Part shown: in pieces, positions 17,777-25,461 of the stretch | Numbering within the stretch: the stretch's first letter is position 1 | Layout: every line of letters begins with the position of its first letter | Assembly: GCA_018262835.1 (NCBI GenBank) | Contig: JADFDP010000001.1 | Span: forward strand, 32,081-96,080 | DNA: 64,000 bases | Reading direction: 5' to 3' | Origin: Candidatus Aminicenantes bacterium | GTDB lineage: Bacteria > Acidobacteriota > Aminicenantia > UBA2199 | Position numbers and translations under genes: made by a program | The notes under the pieces: generated by a model | Told to the model about the DNA's origin: nothing | Database searches by the model: none | The model's input: only the letters and a program-made list of their open reading frames with translations

Positions 17777-18787
17777 ATGAAAGGAGTTTTCTTTGTCGTT
17801 TGTGCGCTTGTTTTTTTTACAGCATACTCATTGTCGCAACAAAGCGTTTCCCGGGATCCGGCAGGTCCTTATTTAGGGCAAAAGCCTCCCGGAACAACTG
17901 CGATGATTTTTGCTCCCGGAATTGTTTCAACCGGGCTTGATGAAACGGTCATCACATTCATGCCTGATGGCAAGGAATGCTTTTGGGCCGTATTGCTCGC
18001 TACGGAAATGGAGGCCATTTTAACAAGTAAATTGGTTGACGGCGAATGGACAAAGCCTGAAGTCGCTTCTTTTTCGGGGAGGTATCTTGACGGCTGGCCG
18101 GCCATACAGCCTGACGGAAAAAAAATGTTTTTCCATTCATATAGGCCCATTGAGAACAAAAAAGAACCATCGACTTACATCAATATTTGGTGTGTTGAAA
18201 GAAAGGGAAAAAAGTGGGGTCAACCCAAGCCCTTGGGAGCTCAGGTCAATGGGAATGGGCATTCATGCAACCCTTCGATCGCAAAGAACGGCACGCTTTA
18301 TTTTTCCAAAACCTTTCCTGACGGTTCCGAAAAAATCTGCCGTTCAAGATTTGTCAATGGAAAATATCTGGAATTTGAAAAATTGCCGGAAAATATTAAT
18401 ATCGGCAAAGTCAATTATCACGCCTATATCGCCCCCGATGAAAGTTATCTGATTTATCCCACGGATGCGAAGCCGGATACCATTTGTGGCGGGTGGAATT
18501 ATTATGTTTCCTTCCGCAGCCAAGACGACAAGTGGAGCGATCTTATCCACATCGGGAAATCGGTCAATTCTGAGAGGAGTTCCGACTCTTCTTCCATTTC
18601 TGCCGATGGCAAATACCTTTTCTTTCGAGCCAGCACGAAAACGAATCGGGTTAAAAGTTTGCCTGCTAGGCATTCGTTGAAAAAACTCATTGAAAGAGAG
18701 TATGAAAGGCCCGGGCGGTTCACCGACGATATTTATTGGATTGAGACAAAAGTCATCGAACAGTCAAGGCCTTCTGAGTTTAAATGA
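17777..18787 (+). CDS. secreted WD40-like (PD40/TolB-type) beta-propeller repeat protein
   Basis: Signal peptide present. Recurrent segments of the form 'P..S.DGK.LFF' (MPDGKECFW, IQPDGKKMFFHS, IAKNGTLYFS, IAPDESYLIY, ISADGKYLFFRA). Low G+C. Confidence 0.6.
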   Translation: MKGVFFVVCALVFFTAYSLSQQSVSRDPAGPYLGQKPPGTTAMIFAPGIVSTGLDETVITFMPDGKECFWAVLLATEMEAILTSKLVDGEWTKPEVASFSGRYLDGWPAIQPDGKKMFFHSYRPIENKKEPSTYINIWCVERKGKKWGQPKPLGAQVNGNGHSCNPSIAKNGTLYFSKTFPDGSEKICRSRFVNGKYLEFEKLPENINIGKVNYHAYIAPDESYLIYPTDAKPDTICGGWNYYVSFRSQDDKWSDLIHIGKSVNSERSSDSSSISADGKYLFFRASTKTNRVKSLPARHSLKKLIEREYERPGRFTDDIYWIETKVIEQSRPSEFK

Positions 18788-18788
18788 A

Positions 18789-18854
18789 AACGGATATTTG
18801 ATCTTCCCGGGCGGCGTTCCCGAGGTTGAGAAGCTCATCCGTAAGTTCCACAAG
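18789..18854 (+). pseudogene. detached copy of the gatD 3' end (remnant D)
   Basis: Encodes NGYLIFPGGVPEVEKLIRKFHK, versus GatD NGYLIFQGGIPEVEEFIRKFHK. It starts 2 nt after the propeller-gene stop. The original stop codon is lost. Confidence 0.75.
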
Positions 18855-18971
18855 CAGCCAGTAAGAACCGTCCCCTTTGGCCTTGTGGTTCAATATTTTT
18901 GATCAGTCCCCCGATCCATAAAAAGCAAAATTCGGCTTCCCGCCCGGCGTAGGGTTCCCGGAATGGTTCAG

Positions 18972-19790
18972 CTATTCGGTTATCGTTTCCTCGGCCTCCG
19001 GCGCGGTTTCGGGCTTTTCTTCCCCGGCCGCCTGCGGCTCGACCTTCTCGGCGAACACACCTTTTTCCTTCTTCCAGCGGTCCTCGCAGGTATTGCAGAG
19101 CTCGGAGATGTTCTTCAGCTCGCGGGCTTGGGCCACGGTGCCCTCGAAGATCTCGTCGGTCTTCCTGGTATTGATATGGTAGCAGTCCGAGAACAGGTGG
19201 TAACGCTGGCCTGATTTCGTCCAGAAGACATGGTTCTGTCCGGTCAGCTGTTCGACCTGGGCCGTCTGCTGCGCGTACTGTTCCTGGGAGGGCGGGTTGA
19301 AATCGATGCCCGTGAAGCCGGCGATCAGCAAAGCGATGACCGCGATGGCGCCGACAAGGCCTTTCTGCTTCCCCTTCATATCCTTGTTGGTGAAGATCAG
19401 GATGACCAGGGGCAGGAAGGCGATGACGGCGATGATCGCTCCCAGCTGGTTCTGGACGAAGAACTTGAACGGCTCCTTCTCCGAAGCGGGGTCGAAGCGG
19501 TTGGCCTTCTTCCATAGCAGGTTGCCGATGACCGCGAAGATCAGGTCGGCGACGATCAAGACGATGAGCCAGGTGGTATTGACCGGCACCTTCTTGAGCA
19601 TGAGGATCGCCCCGACCTCGAGGCCGATGGCCGCGATCCAGGAAATGATCGAAAATATGCGGAATTTTTTTGCCTTGGCCTTGCTCTCGTCACTGGCCAC
19701 GAATGGCTTGGTATCTTTGGCTTGAGCGGCCGATGAAGATTCTCCCCCTTCAACCTGGGTCAATTTTTTTTTCGTACCCATGTCTGGCAT
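18972..19790 (-). CDS. membrane protein (about 4 TM) with C-terminal Cys/His-rich module
   Basis: Lys-rich N-terminus MPDMGTKKK. Four hydrophobic helices. C-terminal YHLFSDCYH...CNTCEDRW putative metal-binding motif and an acidic tail. RBS GGAGG. Confidence 0.55.
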   Translation of the reverse strand: MPDMGTKKKLTQVEGGESSSAAQAKDTKPFVASDESKAKAKKFRIFSIISWIAAIGLEVGAILMLKKVPVNTTWLIVLIVADLIFAVIGNLLWKKANRFDPASEKEPFKFFVQNQLGAIIAVIAFLPLVILIFTNKDMKGKQKGLVGAIAVIALLIAGFTGIDFNPPSQEQYAQQTAQVEQLTGQNHVFWTKSGQRYHLFSDCYHINTRKTDEIFEGTVAQARELKNISELCNTCEDRWKKEKGVFAEKVEPQAAGEEKPETAPEAEETITE

Positions 19791-19864
19791 TTCGTTACCT
19801 CCTGTTCAATCTGTCGCATATTGTATAACAAATATTAAATAATGGAAATTCCTTGCGCCGATCC

Positions 19865-20398
19865 TCACGGACCGCCGCGGCTGAAGGCGAAAAGGCCGAG
19901 GCCGGCCAGGATGGCGACGACGAAGCCGGCGCCCATCACGCTCACGACATTCGAGCTCTGCGCGAAGAAGAGCAGGAAGACAACCAGCGGCAGCAGGCCG
20001 GTGATCTTGCCGATCAAGATCGCGTAGCTGCCGCGCAGGGCGAGCAGGATGACGGCAAAACAGCCCACGGGGATCAGGGCAATGAAAAGCCGCGCCAGCG
20101 CCAGCGTCGCGCCGGCGCCGTAGCGCATGCTCGAGACTCCTGCCCCTTGGAACAATCCCAGGAGCTGGACCGCCGACAGCGAAAAGATCAGTATCGTGAA
20201 CCAGGGCAGGAAGAGGGAGACGAGCAGCACCAGCGCGCAGAGGACGGCGGGCTGTTTCAGCGCCTCAAGCCCGGGCGAGTCGTCGACGCGCGCCGCTCCC
20301 GGACGGTGAATGAAGTAGCGGCCGCAATTGCGGCACTCCCGGGCGTCGATCGGGTTCAATTCCCGACAATGAACGCATACCTTGCCGTCGCTGGCCAT
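19865..20398 (-). CDS. zinc-ribbon plus multi-pass membrane protein
   Basis: ATG 20398 lies 5 nt after GGGAGG. CVHC...CRNC ribbon followed by about 5 hydrophobic helices. Confidence 0.5.
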   Translation of the reverse strand: MASDGKVCVHCRELNPIDARECRNCGRYFIHRPGAARVDDSPGLEALKQPAVLCALVLLVSLFLPWFTILIFSLSAVQLLGLFQGAGVSSMRYGAGATLALARLFIALIPVGCFAVILLALRGSYAILIGKITGLLPLVVFLLFFAQSSNVVSVMGAGFVVAILAGLGLFAFSRGGP

Positions 20399-20617
20399 GG
20401 GATACCTCCCGGAGGAATTTTTCCATTCCCGCACCTGCCAAGAGTAGCAGACCGCAAAAAGGAATACAAGTTGCTCCAGTCCGGGAAGGGGACCGGACGG
20501 CGTCTCTTGCTTTCTTTCAGGAGGTGATGCGCTTTTGCACCCAGATCATGTCGCCGGGTTCTTCTTTCTTATTGCTTATATCGTCCGGCCCGGAATGGGA
20601 GCCGCGGAACGGATCGG

Positions 20618-20774
20618 TTATTCCGTTGGTTGTTCTGTCGCTTGTTCCTCAGCAGCGGGTTCCTCGGCCGGCTGCTCTAATGCCGGTAGGGGTACGGCTT
20701 CAGCGGAGGGCCGGGGTTGCAGCACTGCCGCCTTCAATGCGGATCACTTTCTTTTTCGTTCCTTTGTCTGGCAT
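20618..20774 (-). pseudogene. collapsed, frameshifted paralogue of the 18972-19790 gene (N-terminus and C-terminal tail only)
   Basis: RBS plus MPDKGTKKKVIRIEGGSAATPALR* (24 aa), compared with MPDMGTKKKLTQVEGGESSSAA. The next frame reads ...EAVPLPALEQPAEEPAAEEQATEQPTE*, resembling the acidic tail ...EPQAAGEEKPETAPEAEETITE*. Confidence 0.5.
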
Positions 20775-20901
20775 GGTGGTCCCTCCTGGTTTTGCCTATT
20801 GTATCTCATGCCTGAAAAAAGTAAACACAAAGTCGCTTAAGCGATCGAGAAAACGCGAGGCGGATTTAAAGAGAACTGAAAAACTTTCGGTCCAGTTCCG
20901 T

Positions 20902-21360
20902 CTACAACGCGAATCCGATGGTGAAGCCGAAGGAAATGTCCTTGAACATCTCGTCGAAAAATGTCAGCATGTAGGCGCCGAGGCGATACTTGCTGGCGCG
21001 GATCCCGACCTGGAGCTTCATTTCCAGGGGGATGGTGACGTCCGTGGATTTCAGCCAGATCTCCTTGATGATGCCGGCACCGAGGAAGAGCTGTCCGGTC
21101 GCGAAATTAAGGGTGCCTCCGGGGGCGATGAGCAGCGAATCGGTCGTGAATTTGCTGTCGGTGTACAGCGTGCACTCCGGGCTGACCAGGATGAAATCGC
21201 CGACAAAAAAGGCAAGGGTAACGTTCCCCGAAAAGACCAGGGGGTCGAACTTGAAGTCATTGCGGGTGAGTATGCCGACATTGGCGCTCACGTCGATGCT
21301 TTGGGCCGGGACCAGGCCGGCGCATGCGATGGCGATGAGGAAATAAATTGTTTTTTTCAT
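20902..21360 (-). CDS. small outer-membrane beta-barrel-like protein
   Basis: 152 aa from ATG 21360, with AGGAGG upstream. Signal peptide MKKTIYFLIAIACAGLVPAQS. Alternating strands, ends ...FGFTIGFAL. Confidence 0.5.
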   Translation of the reverse strand: MKKTIYFLIAIACAGLVPAQSIDVSANVGILTRNDFKFDPLVFSGNVTLAFFVGDFILVSPECTLYTDSKFTTDSLLIAPGGTLNFATGQLFLGAGIIKEIWLKSTDVTIPLEMKLQVGIRASKYRLGAYMLTFFDEMFKDISFGFTIGFAL

Positions 21361-21460
21361 GCGCCCTCCTGAGTGCAGTGAATCGTAAACGAAAAAAAAT
21401 AAAATATCAAGTCCCAGAGACCCGGACCGCGGCTCTGCTGGGAGTTGACAGCCCGGACCG

Positions 21461-23239
21461 TTGCGCATAATATCCGACTGGATGATCAGGAGGTACCCCT
21501 TGGGCGAAAACCATTCACGGCTCCATTGGCTGCTGCTCGCTATCCTTGCCGCCGCCGGCTGCGCTTTCGGCAATGGGCTGAACGATCGTGCCGACGCCGA
21601 GCTCGTTTTGAAGAATGGCCTCATTTACACGGTCGATGCCCGCCGGAGCGTCGCGGAAGCGCTGGCCGTCAAGGGCGGCAAGTTCCTCTATGTCGGCAGC
21701 AACGCCGGGGCGGCGATGCATATCGGCAAGACAACGAAGGTGATCGACCTGGGAAAACGGCTGGTCCTGCCCGGTTTCATCGATAGCCACTGCCATCCGG
21801 CCTATGGGGCCGCCCATGAGCTTTTTGACGTGATGTTCACCGGTTTGCATTCGCTTGAAGAGTATAAAAAAGCGATCAGGGATTTTGCCGCCAAGCATCC
21901 GGATGCGAAATTCATCAAGGGCAGAGGCTGGTCAAATGCACTGTTCGGCAAAGCAGGCCCTGATAAAAAACTGATCGATGAAATAGTCAGGGATATTCCT
22001 GTGGCGCTCGATGATGATAGCGGGCATGTCACTTGGGTCAATTCCAAAGCTCTGGAAATGGCTGGAATCACAAAAGAAACGAAGGATCCGCGAAAGGGAA
22101 TGATCGAGCGTGATCCCCAAACCGGCGAGCCGACCGGCACGCTTCGGGGAAGCGCTGACCGGCTGGTTGCGGATATATTCCCCGACTACACGGTCGAGCA
22201 ATTGATGCAGGCGCTGGAAGCCTATCAGAAAATGGCCGCTCAATTCGGAATTACGACTGCGCACGATGCCACCGTGGATGCCGGCGGCAATGATTTCAAC
22301 GCTTATAAAAATCTTGAAAAGGAAAATCGCCTGGCCATGAGGTTCCGCGCTTCACTGTATGTGGATCATGCAAAAGGAATGGAACAGGTGAAGCAGCTGA
22401 TCGCCGAAAGAGAAAAAAATTCCGGCTTGCTTTTTCAAGCCATGGGGGCAAAAATTTACATTGACGGCGTCGTGGAAGGAAGCACGGCTTATCTGAAGGA
22501 GCCGTTCCTGCATCTGCCGGATTTTCGCGGCGAACCGCGCTGGGATGCGGATATGCTAAACAATATGTGCGCCGAGCTGGACAGGAATAAATTTCAAATC
22601 CATGTTCATTCGATCGGCGATGCCGCGACTGCGATGACGCTGGATGCGTTCGCTTACGCGCTGGAGAAAAACGGAAGGCGTGATTCAAGGAACCTGATCA
22701 CTCATATTCAGCTGGTCGATCCCAAAGATATTTTACGATTCAAGGAGCTTGGCGTCGTAGCCGTTCCCCAGCCATACTGGTTCATGAAGGATGATTTGTA
22801 CTACAAGATACAGATTCCCTACCTCGGGCTGAAGCGTGCCGATGAGGAATATCCGATGGCAAGCTTTTTCAAGGCCGGAGTGACCGTGGCTTCGGCAAGC
22901 GATTATGCGGTCACCATTCCCTGCAACCCATTAAGGGCCATACAGATCGGCATGACGCGGAGCTGTTTGGGAATTACCGATCCAAAAGAAATTCTCTGGC
23001 CGGAGGAAAGGGCATCGCTGGATCAGATGATCGCCAGTTTTACGATCAACGGCGCGGTTGCAAATTTTCTTGAAAATACAACGGGTTCCATTGAAGCCGG
23101 CAAGATGGCCGACCTGATTGTTCTGGACAGGAACCTGTTCGCCATCCCGGTTGAAGAAATCAGCAAGGTAGAAGTCATTCTGACCCTCTTCGAGGGAAAA
23201 ATAGTTTTTTCAGAGGACATGACAAAGGCTGCAAATTAA
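21461..23239 (+). CDS. amidohydrolase-family (Amidohydro_3/YtcJ-like) metal-dependent hydrolase, probable lipoprotein
   Basis: LPGFIDSHCHP metal-binding motif. HVHSIGD and ASDY motifs lie further along. Lipobox LAAAGC. The true start may be an internal ATG or TTG near 21482-21500. Confidence 0.75.
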   Translation: MRIISDWMIRRYPLGENHSRLHWLLLAILAAAGCAFGNGLNDRADAELVLKNGLIYTVDARRSVAEALAVKGGKFLYVGSNAGAAMHIGKTTKVIDLGKRLVLPGFIDSHCHPAYGAAHELFDVMFTGLHSLEEYKKAIRDFAAKHPDAKFIKGRGWSNALFGKAGPDKKLIDEIVRDIPVALDDDSGHVTWVNSKALEMAGITKETKDPRKGMIERDPQTGEPTGTLRGSADRLVADIFPDYTVEQLMQALEAYQKMAAQFGITTAHDATVDAGGNDFNAYKNLEKENRLAMRFRASLYVDHAKGMEQVKQLIAEREKNSGLLFQAMGAKIYIDGVVEGSTAYLKEPFLHLPDFRGEPRWDADMLNNMCAELDRNKFQIHVHSIGDAATAMTLDAFAYALEKNGRRDSRNLITHIQLVDPKDILRFKELGVVAVPQPYWFMKDDLYYKIQIPYLGLKRADEEYPMASFFKAGVTVASASDYAVTIPCNPLRAIQIGMTRSCLGITDPKEILWPEERASLDQMIASFTINGAVANFLENTTGSIEAGKMADLIVLDRNLFAIPVEEISKVEVILTLFEGKIVFSEDMTKAAN

Positions 23240-23271
23240 TGGATTTCCCTTAGTTAAACGGGCAGAACAAT

Positions 23272-24180
23272 ATGATGAACTTCATTGGCGAGATCGCGGC
23301 GTTGCTCACTTCGGTTTGCTGGGCGTTCAACTCGGTGGTCTTTACCCGGGCCGGGAAGCGGGTGGGGGCGGTCACCGTCAACTATATGCGCTTGTGGATC
23401 GCGGTCCCGGCCCTGCTCCTGATCCACTGGCTGCTTTTCACCACCCCGTTCCCTTTTGCCATCGAGCCGCGCCGCTTTCTTTACCTGGGGGTTTCGGGCC
23501 TGATCGGGTTCGTCATCGGCGACGGCATGCTTTTTGAATCCTTCCTGCTGATCGGTCCCCGCCTGGCCATGCTATTGGCGCTGCTCGTTCCGGTCTGCAG
23601 CACCCTGCTGGCCTGGGTGTTCCTGGGAGAGAAATTGCTGGTCCTGGAGATCGCCAGCATGCTCGTGACCATCGGCGGCATTGCCTGGGTGGTGGCGGAG
23701 AAGACGGTTCCCGGCGACATGCCGATTTCCGGGAAGCCGCGGAAATATTGCCTGGGGATCCTGTTGGCCGTGGGCGGAGCCGCGGGCCAGGCGACAGGTC
23801 TTCTGTTCTCAAAGCTGGGATTGGCGGGCGGCTATTCCGCTGTTTCCGCCACCCTCGTCCGCGTCAGCGTCTCCGCCCTGGCCCTGGCGGCCCTCGGTCT
23901 CTTCCAGGGAAAAATCCATGCCCATCTGGCCAAAATGAAGGATAAAAAAGCGCTGCTGGAGATCGCCGCCGGAGCGTTGACCGGGCCGGCGTTGGGGGTC
24001 GTTCTGTCATTGGTGGCCATCGCCCACGCCCATATCGGCGTCGCCTCCACCCTGATGTCTCTCACCCCGGTGATTTTGCTGCCAGTGTCCCATATTCTTT
24101 TCAAGGAAAGGATCACTTCCCGGGCGATCGTCGGTACGCTGGTCGCCCTGCTCGGGGTGGTCATGCTCTTCCTGATCTGA
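23272..24180 (+). CDS. EamA/DMT-superfamily transporter
   Basis: 302 aa with ten hydrophobic helices in a two-fold EamA-like arrangement. Confidence 0.75.
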   Translation: MMNFIGEIAALLTSVCWAFNSVVFTRAGKRVGAVTVNYMRLWIAVPALLLIHWLLFTTPFPFAIEPRRFLYLGVSGLIGFVIGDGMLFESFLLIGPRLAMLLALLVPVCSTLLAWVFLGEKLLVLEIASMLVTIGGIAWVVAEKTVPGDMPISGKPRKYCLGILLAVGGAAGQATGLLFSKLGLAGGYSAVSATLVRVSVSALALAALGLFQGKIHAHLAKMKDKKALLEIAAGALTGPALGVVLSLVAIAHAHIGVASTLMSLTPVILLPVSHILFKERITSRAIVGTLVALLGVVMLFLI

Positions 24181-24299
24181 CGCTCCTCTCGTGCCGGAAA
24201 AGGCTGCCGCCGGATGGCGGATCAGGGCAGGAAAGGGAATTATCCATGAGATTTCCCGGGACATTTTCTATTTTAAAGACAGGAAACAAGGAGGAAACT

Positions 24300-24764
24300 G
24301 TGAGCAAAAAAAATCATGGCGCGTTAGGGTTCGTTCTTGCTTTGATCATCGTTGGCGGGTTGTCGGCGATTTCCCTGCCGGCGCAATCCCTGGAGCTCTG
24401 CTGCATCGCCGGCACGTACGAGGGGTTCCAGGTCAACTATGCCAAGCCGAACTGCCCGGCCCCGGTGAAGGAAAAGTTCACCATGGTCATCAGACAAATG
24501 AAACCGTGCTCAGCGTCCATCGGGGGGACGATCGTCGATTCCTCCGGGACGGTGAGCAACTGGACCGGGACCCTGCGCCGGGGGCTGCGTCACTGCTGCC
24601 TGCTCGAGGGCACTACTATCGTCATTCCCGGCGTCAACCCGGTGAAATTCAAGGGCACGATATGCCAGCGGCACGGCAAATGGCAGATCAAGGGCACTTG
24701 GGAAGAGATCGGCGTTACCGATCCCTGCCGCGGCAGCGGCACCTGGCAGGCTGCCCAGATCTAG
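24300..24764 (+). CDS. small secreted cysteine-rich protein
   Basis: GTG 24300 lies 5 nt after AAGGAGG. Signal peptide ...LSAISLPAQS. 9 Cys in the mature part. No family recognised. Confidence 0.45.
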   Translation: MSKKNHGALGFVLALIIVGGLSAISLPAQSLELCCIAGTYEGFQVNYAKPNCPAPVKEKFTMVIRQMKPCSASIGGTIVDSSGTVSNWTGTLRRGLRHCCLLEGTTIVIPGVNPVKFKGTICQRHGKWQIKGTWEEIGVTDPCRGSGTWQAAQI

Positions 24765-25016
24765 TTTTCGGACACGCGTTCGATCTTGCCGCTTTGGCGG
24801 CAGCTGCGAAAAATGATTCCGGGCATCTGATCGGCAAAAAAAAACGTATCCGGAATGGGATGCTCGGCGGATTGCGGCGGGCCGGTGCTGTATTATATTA
24901 GTGCGCTTCACCGACCACTACGCCCAAGGTGGGGAATATTGGGGACGGTGCCTGACTCTGTGACATTGGCGGCATGGGGACGGATCGGGGAACTTCGTCT
25001 TCTCCCAATTTTTTGC

Positions 25017-25045
25017 TTGACTTCGCCGCCATACATTCATAAAAT
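25017..25045 (+). promoter_or_regulatory. sigma-70-type promoter (TTGACT-N17-TAAAAT) of the yjcH-actP operon
   Basis: TTGACT at 25017-25022, a 17-nt spacer, then TAAAAT at 25040-25045. This leaves a ~135-nt leader before ATG 25180. Confidence 0.5.
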
Positions 25046-25179
25046 TGGCGTATGCTGAAAATCGGGTTTCCCGCACGGTTATCCTGGTTGCGCATGGAAG
25101 TCTGATAAGAATAGGCGGCGGATTCTTGGTCGCGGTTTAACGATCGTCGTTCGATAAAAATTTCGCTAGGAGGCGCTCT

Positions 25180-25461
25180 ATGCTGCATGGACCGGCGGTG
25201 GAAATCGGAAAAGACCATTCGATCCCAAAGAAAACGAAGCTGGGGATCATCATGTTTGCCTGTTACATGCTGGTGTATGCGGGATTCGTGTTCATCGGCA
25301 TGTCATTTCCCCAGGCTATGGGCAACCGGATCATTTTCGGGCTGAATCTGGCCTTCCTGTACGGCATGGGGCTGATCATCCTGGCCGCCGTCATGGGGCT
25401 GATCTACAACCACTTCTGCACCCGTTATGAAAACGAACTGAACCGGAGGGAACCCTCATGA
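25180..25461 (+). CDS. yjcH: DUF485 (YjcH-like) inner-membrane protein
   Basis: 93 aa with two TM helices. 4-nt overlap with the actP start, the conserved yjcH-actP pairing. Confidence 0.75.
   Translation: MLHGPAVEIGKDHSIPKKTKLGIIMFACYMLVYAGFVFIGMSFPQAMGNRIIFGLNLAFLYGMGLIILAAVMGLIYNHFCTRYENELNRREPS

Noticed and set aside
13937-18854. Interpretation of the gatD-end repeats as an integron cassette array
   Set aside because: There is no intI-like gene. The repeats are coding gene ends in direct orientation, not imperfect-palindrome attC sites. The cassettes carry their own promoters and terminators.
20524-21372. 282-aa plus-strand ORF across the 20.5-21.4 kb region
   Set aside because: It overlaps the small OMP gene (minus strand, with RBS and signal peptide) and the mini-paralogue. 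It has no motifs.
25046-25179. A ~135-nt leader of the yjcH-actP operon as a riboswitch
   Set aside because: I cannot match it to any riboswitch consensus by eye, and only short, weak stems are visible. It is left as an unassigned 5' UTR.
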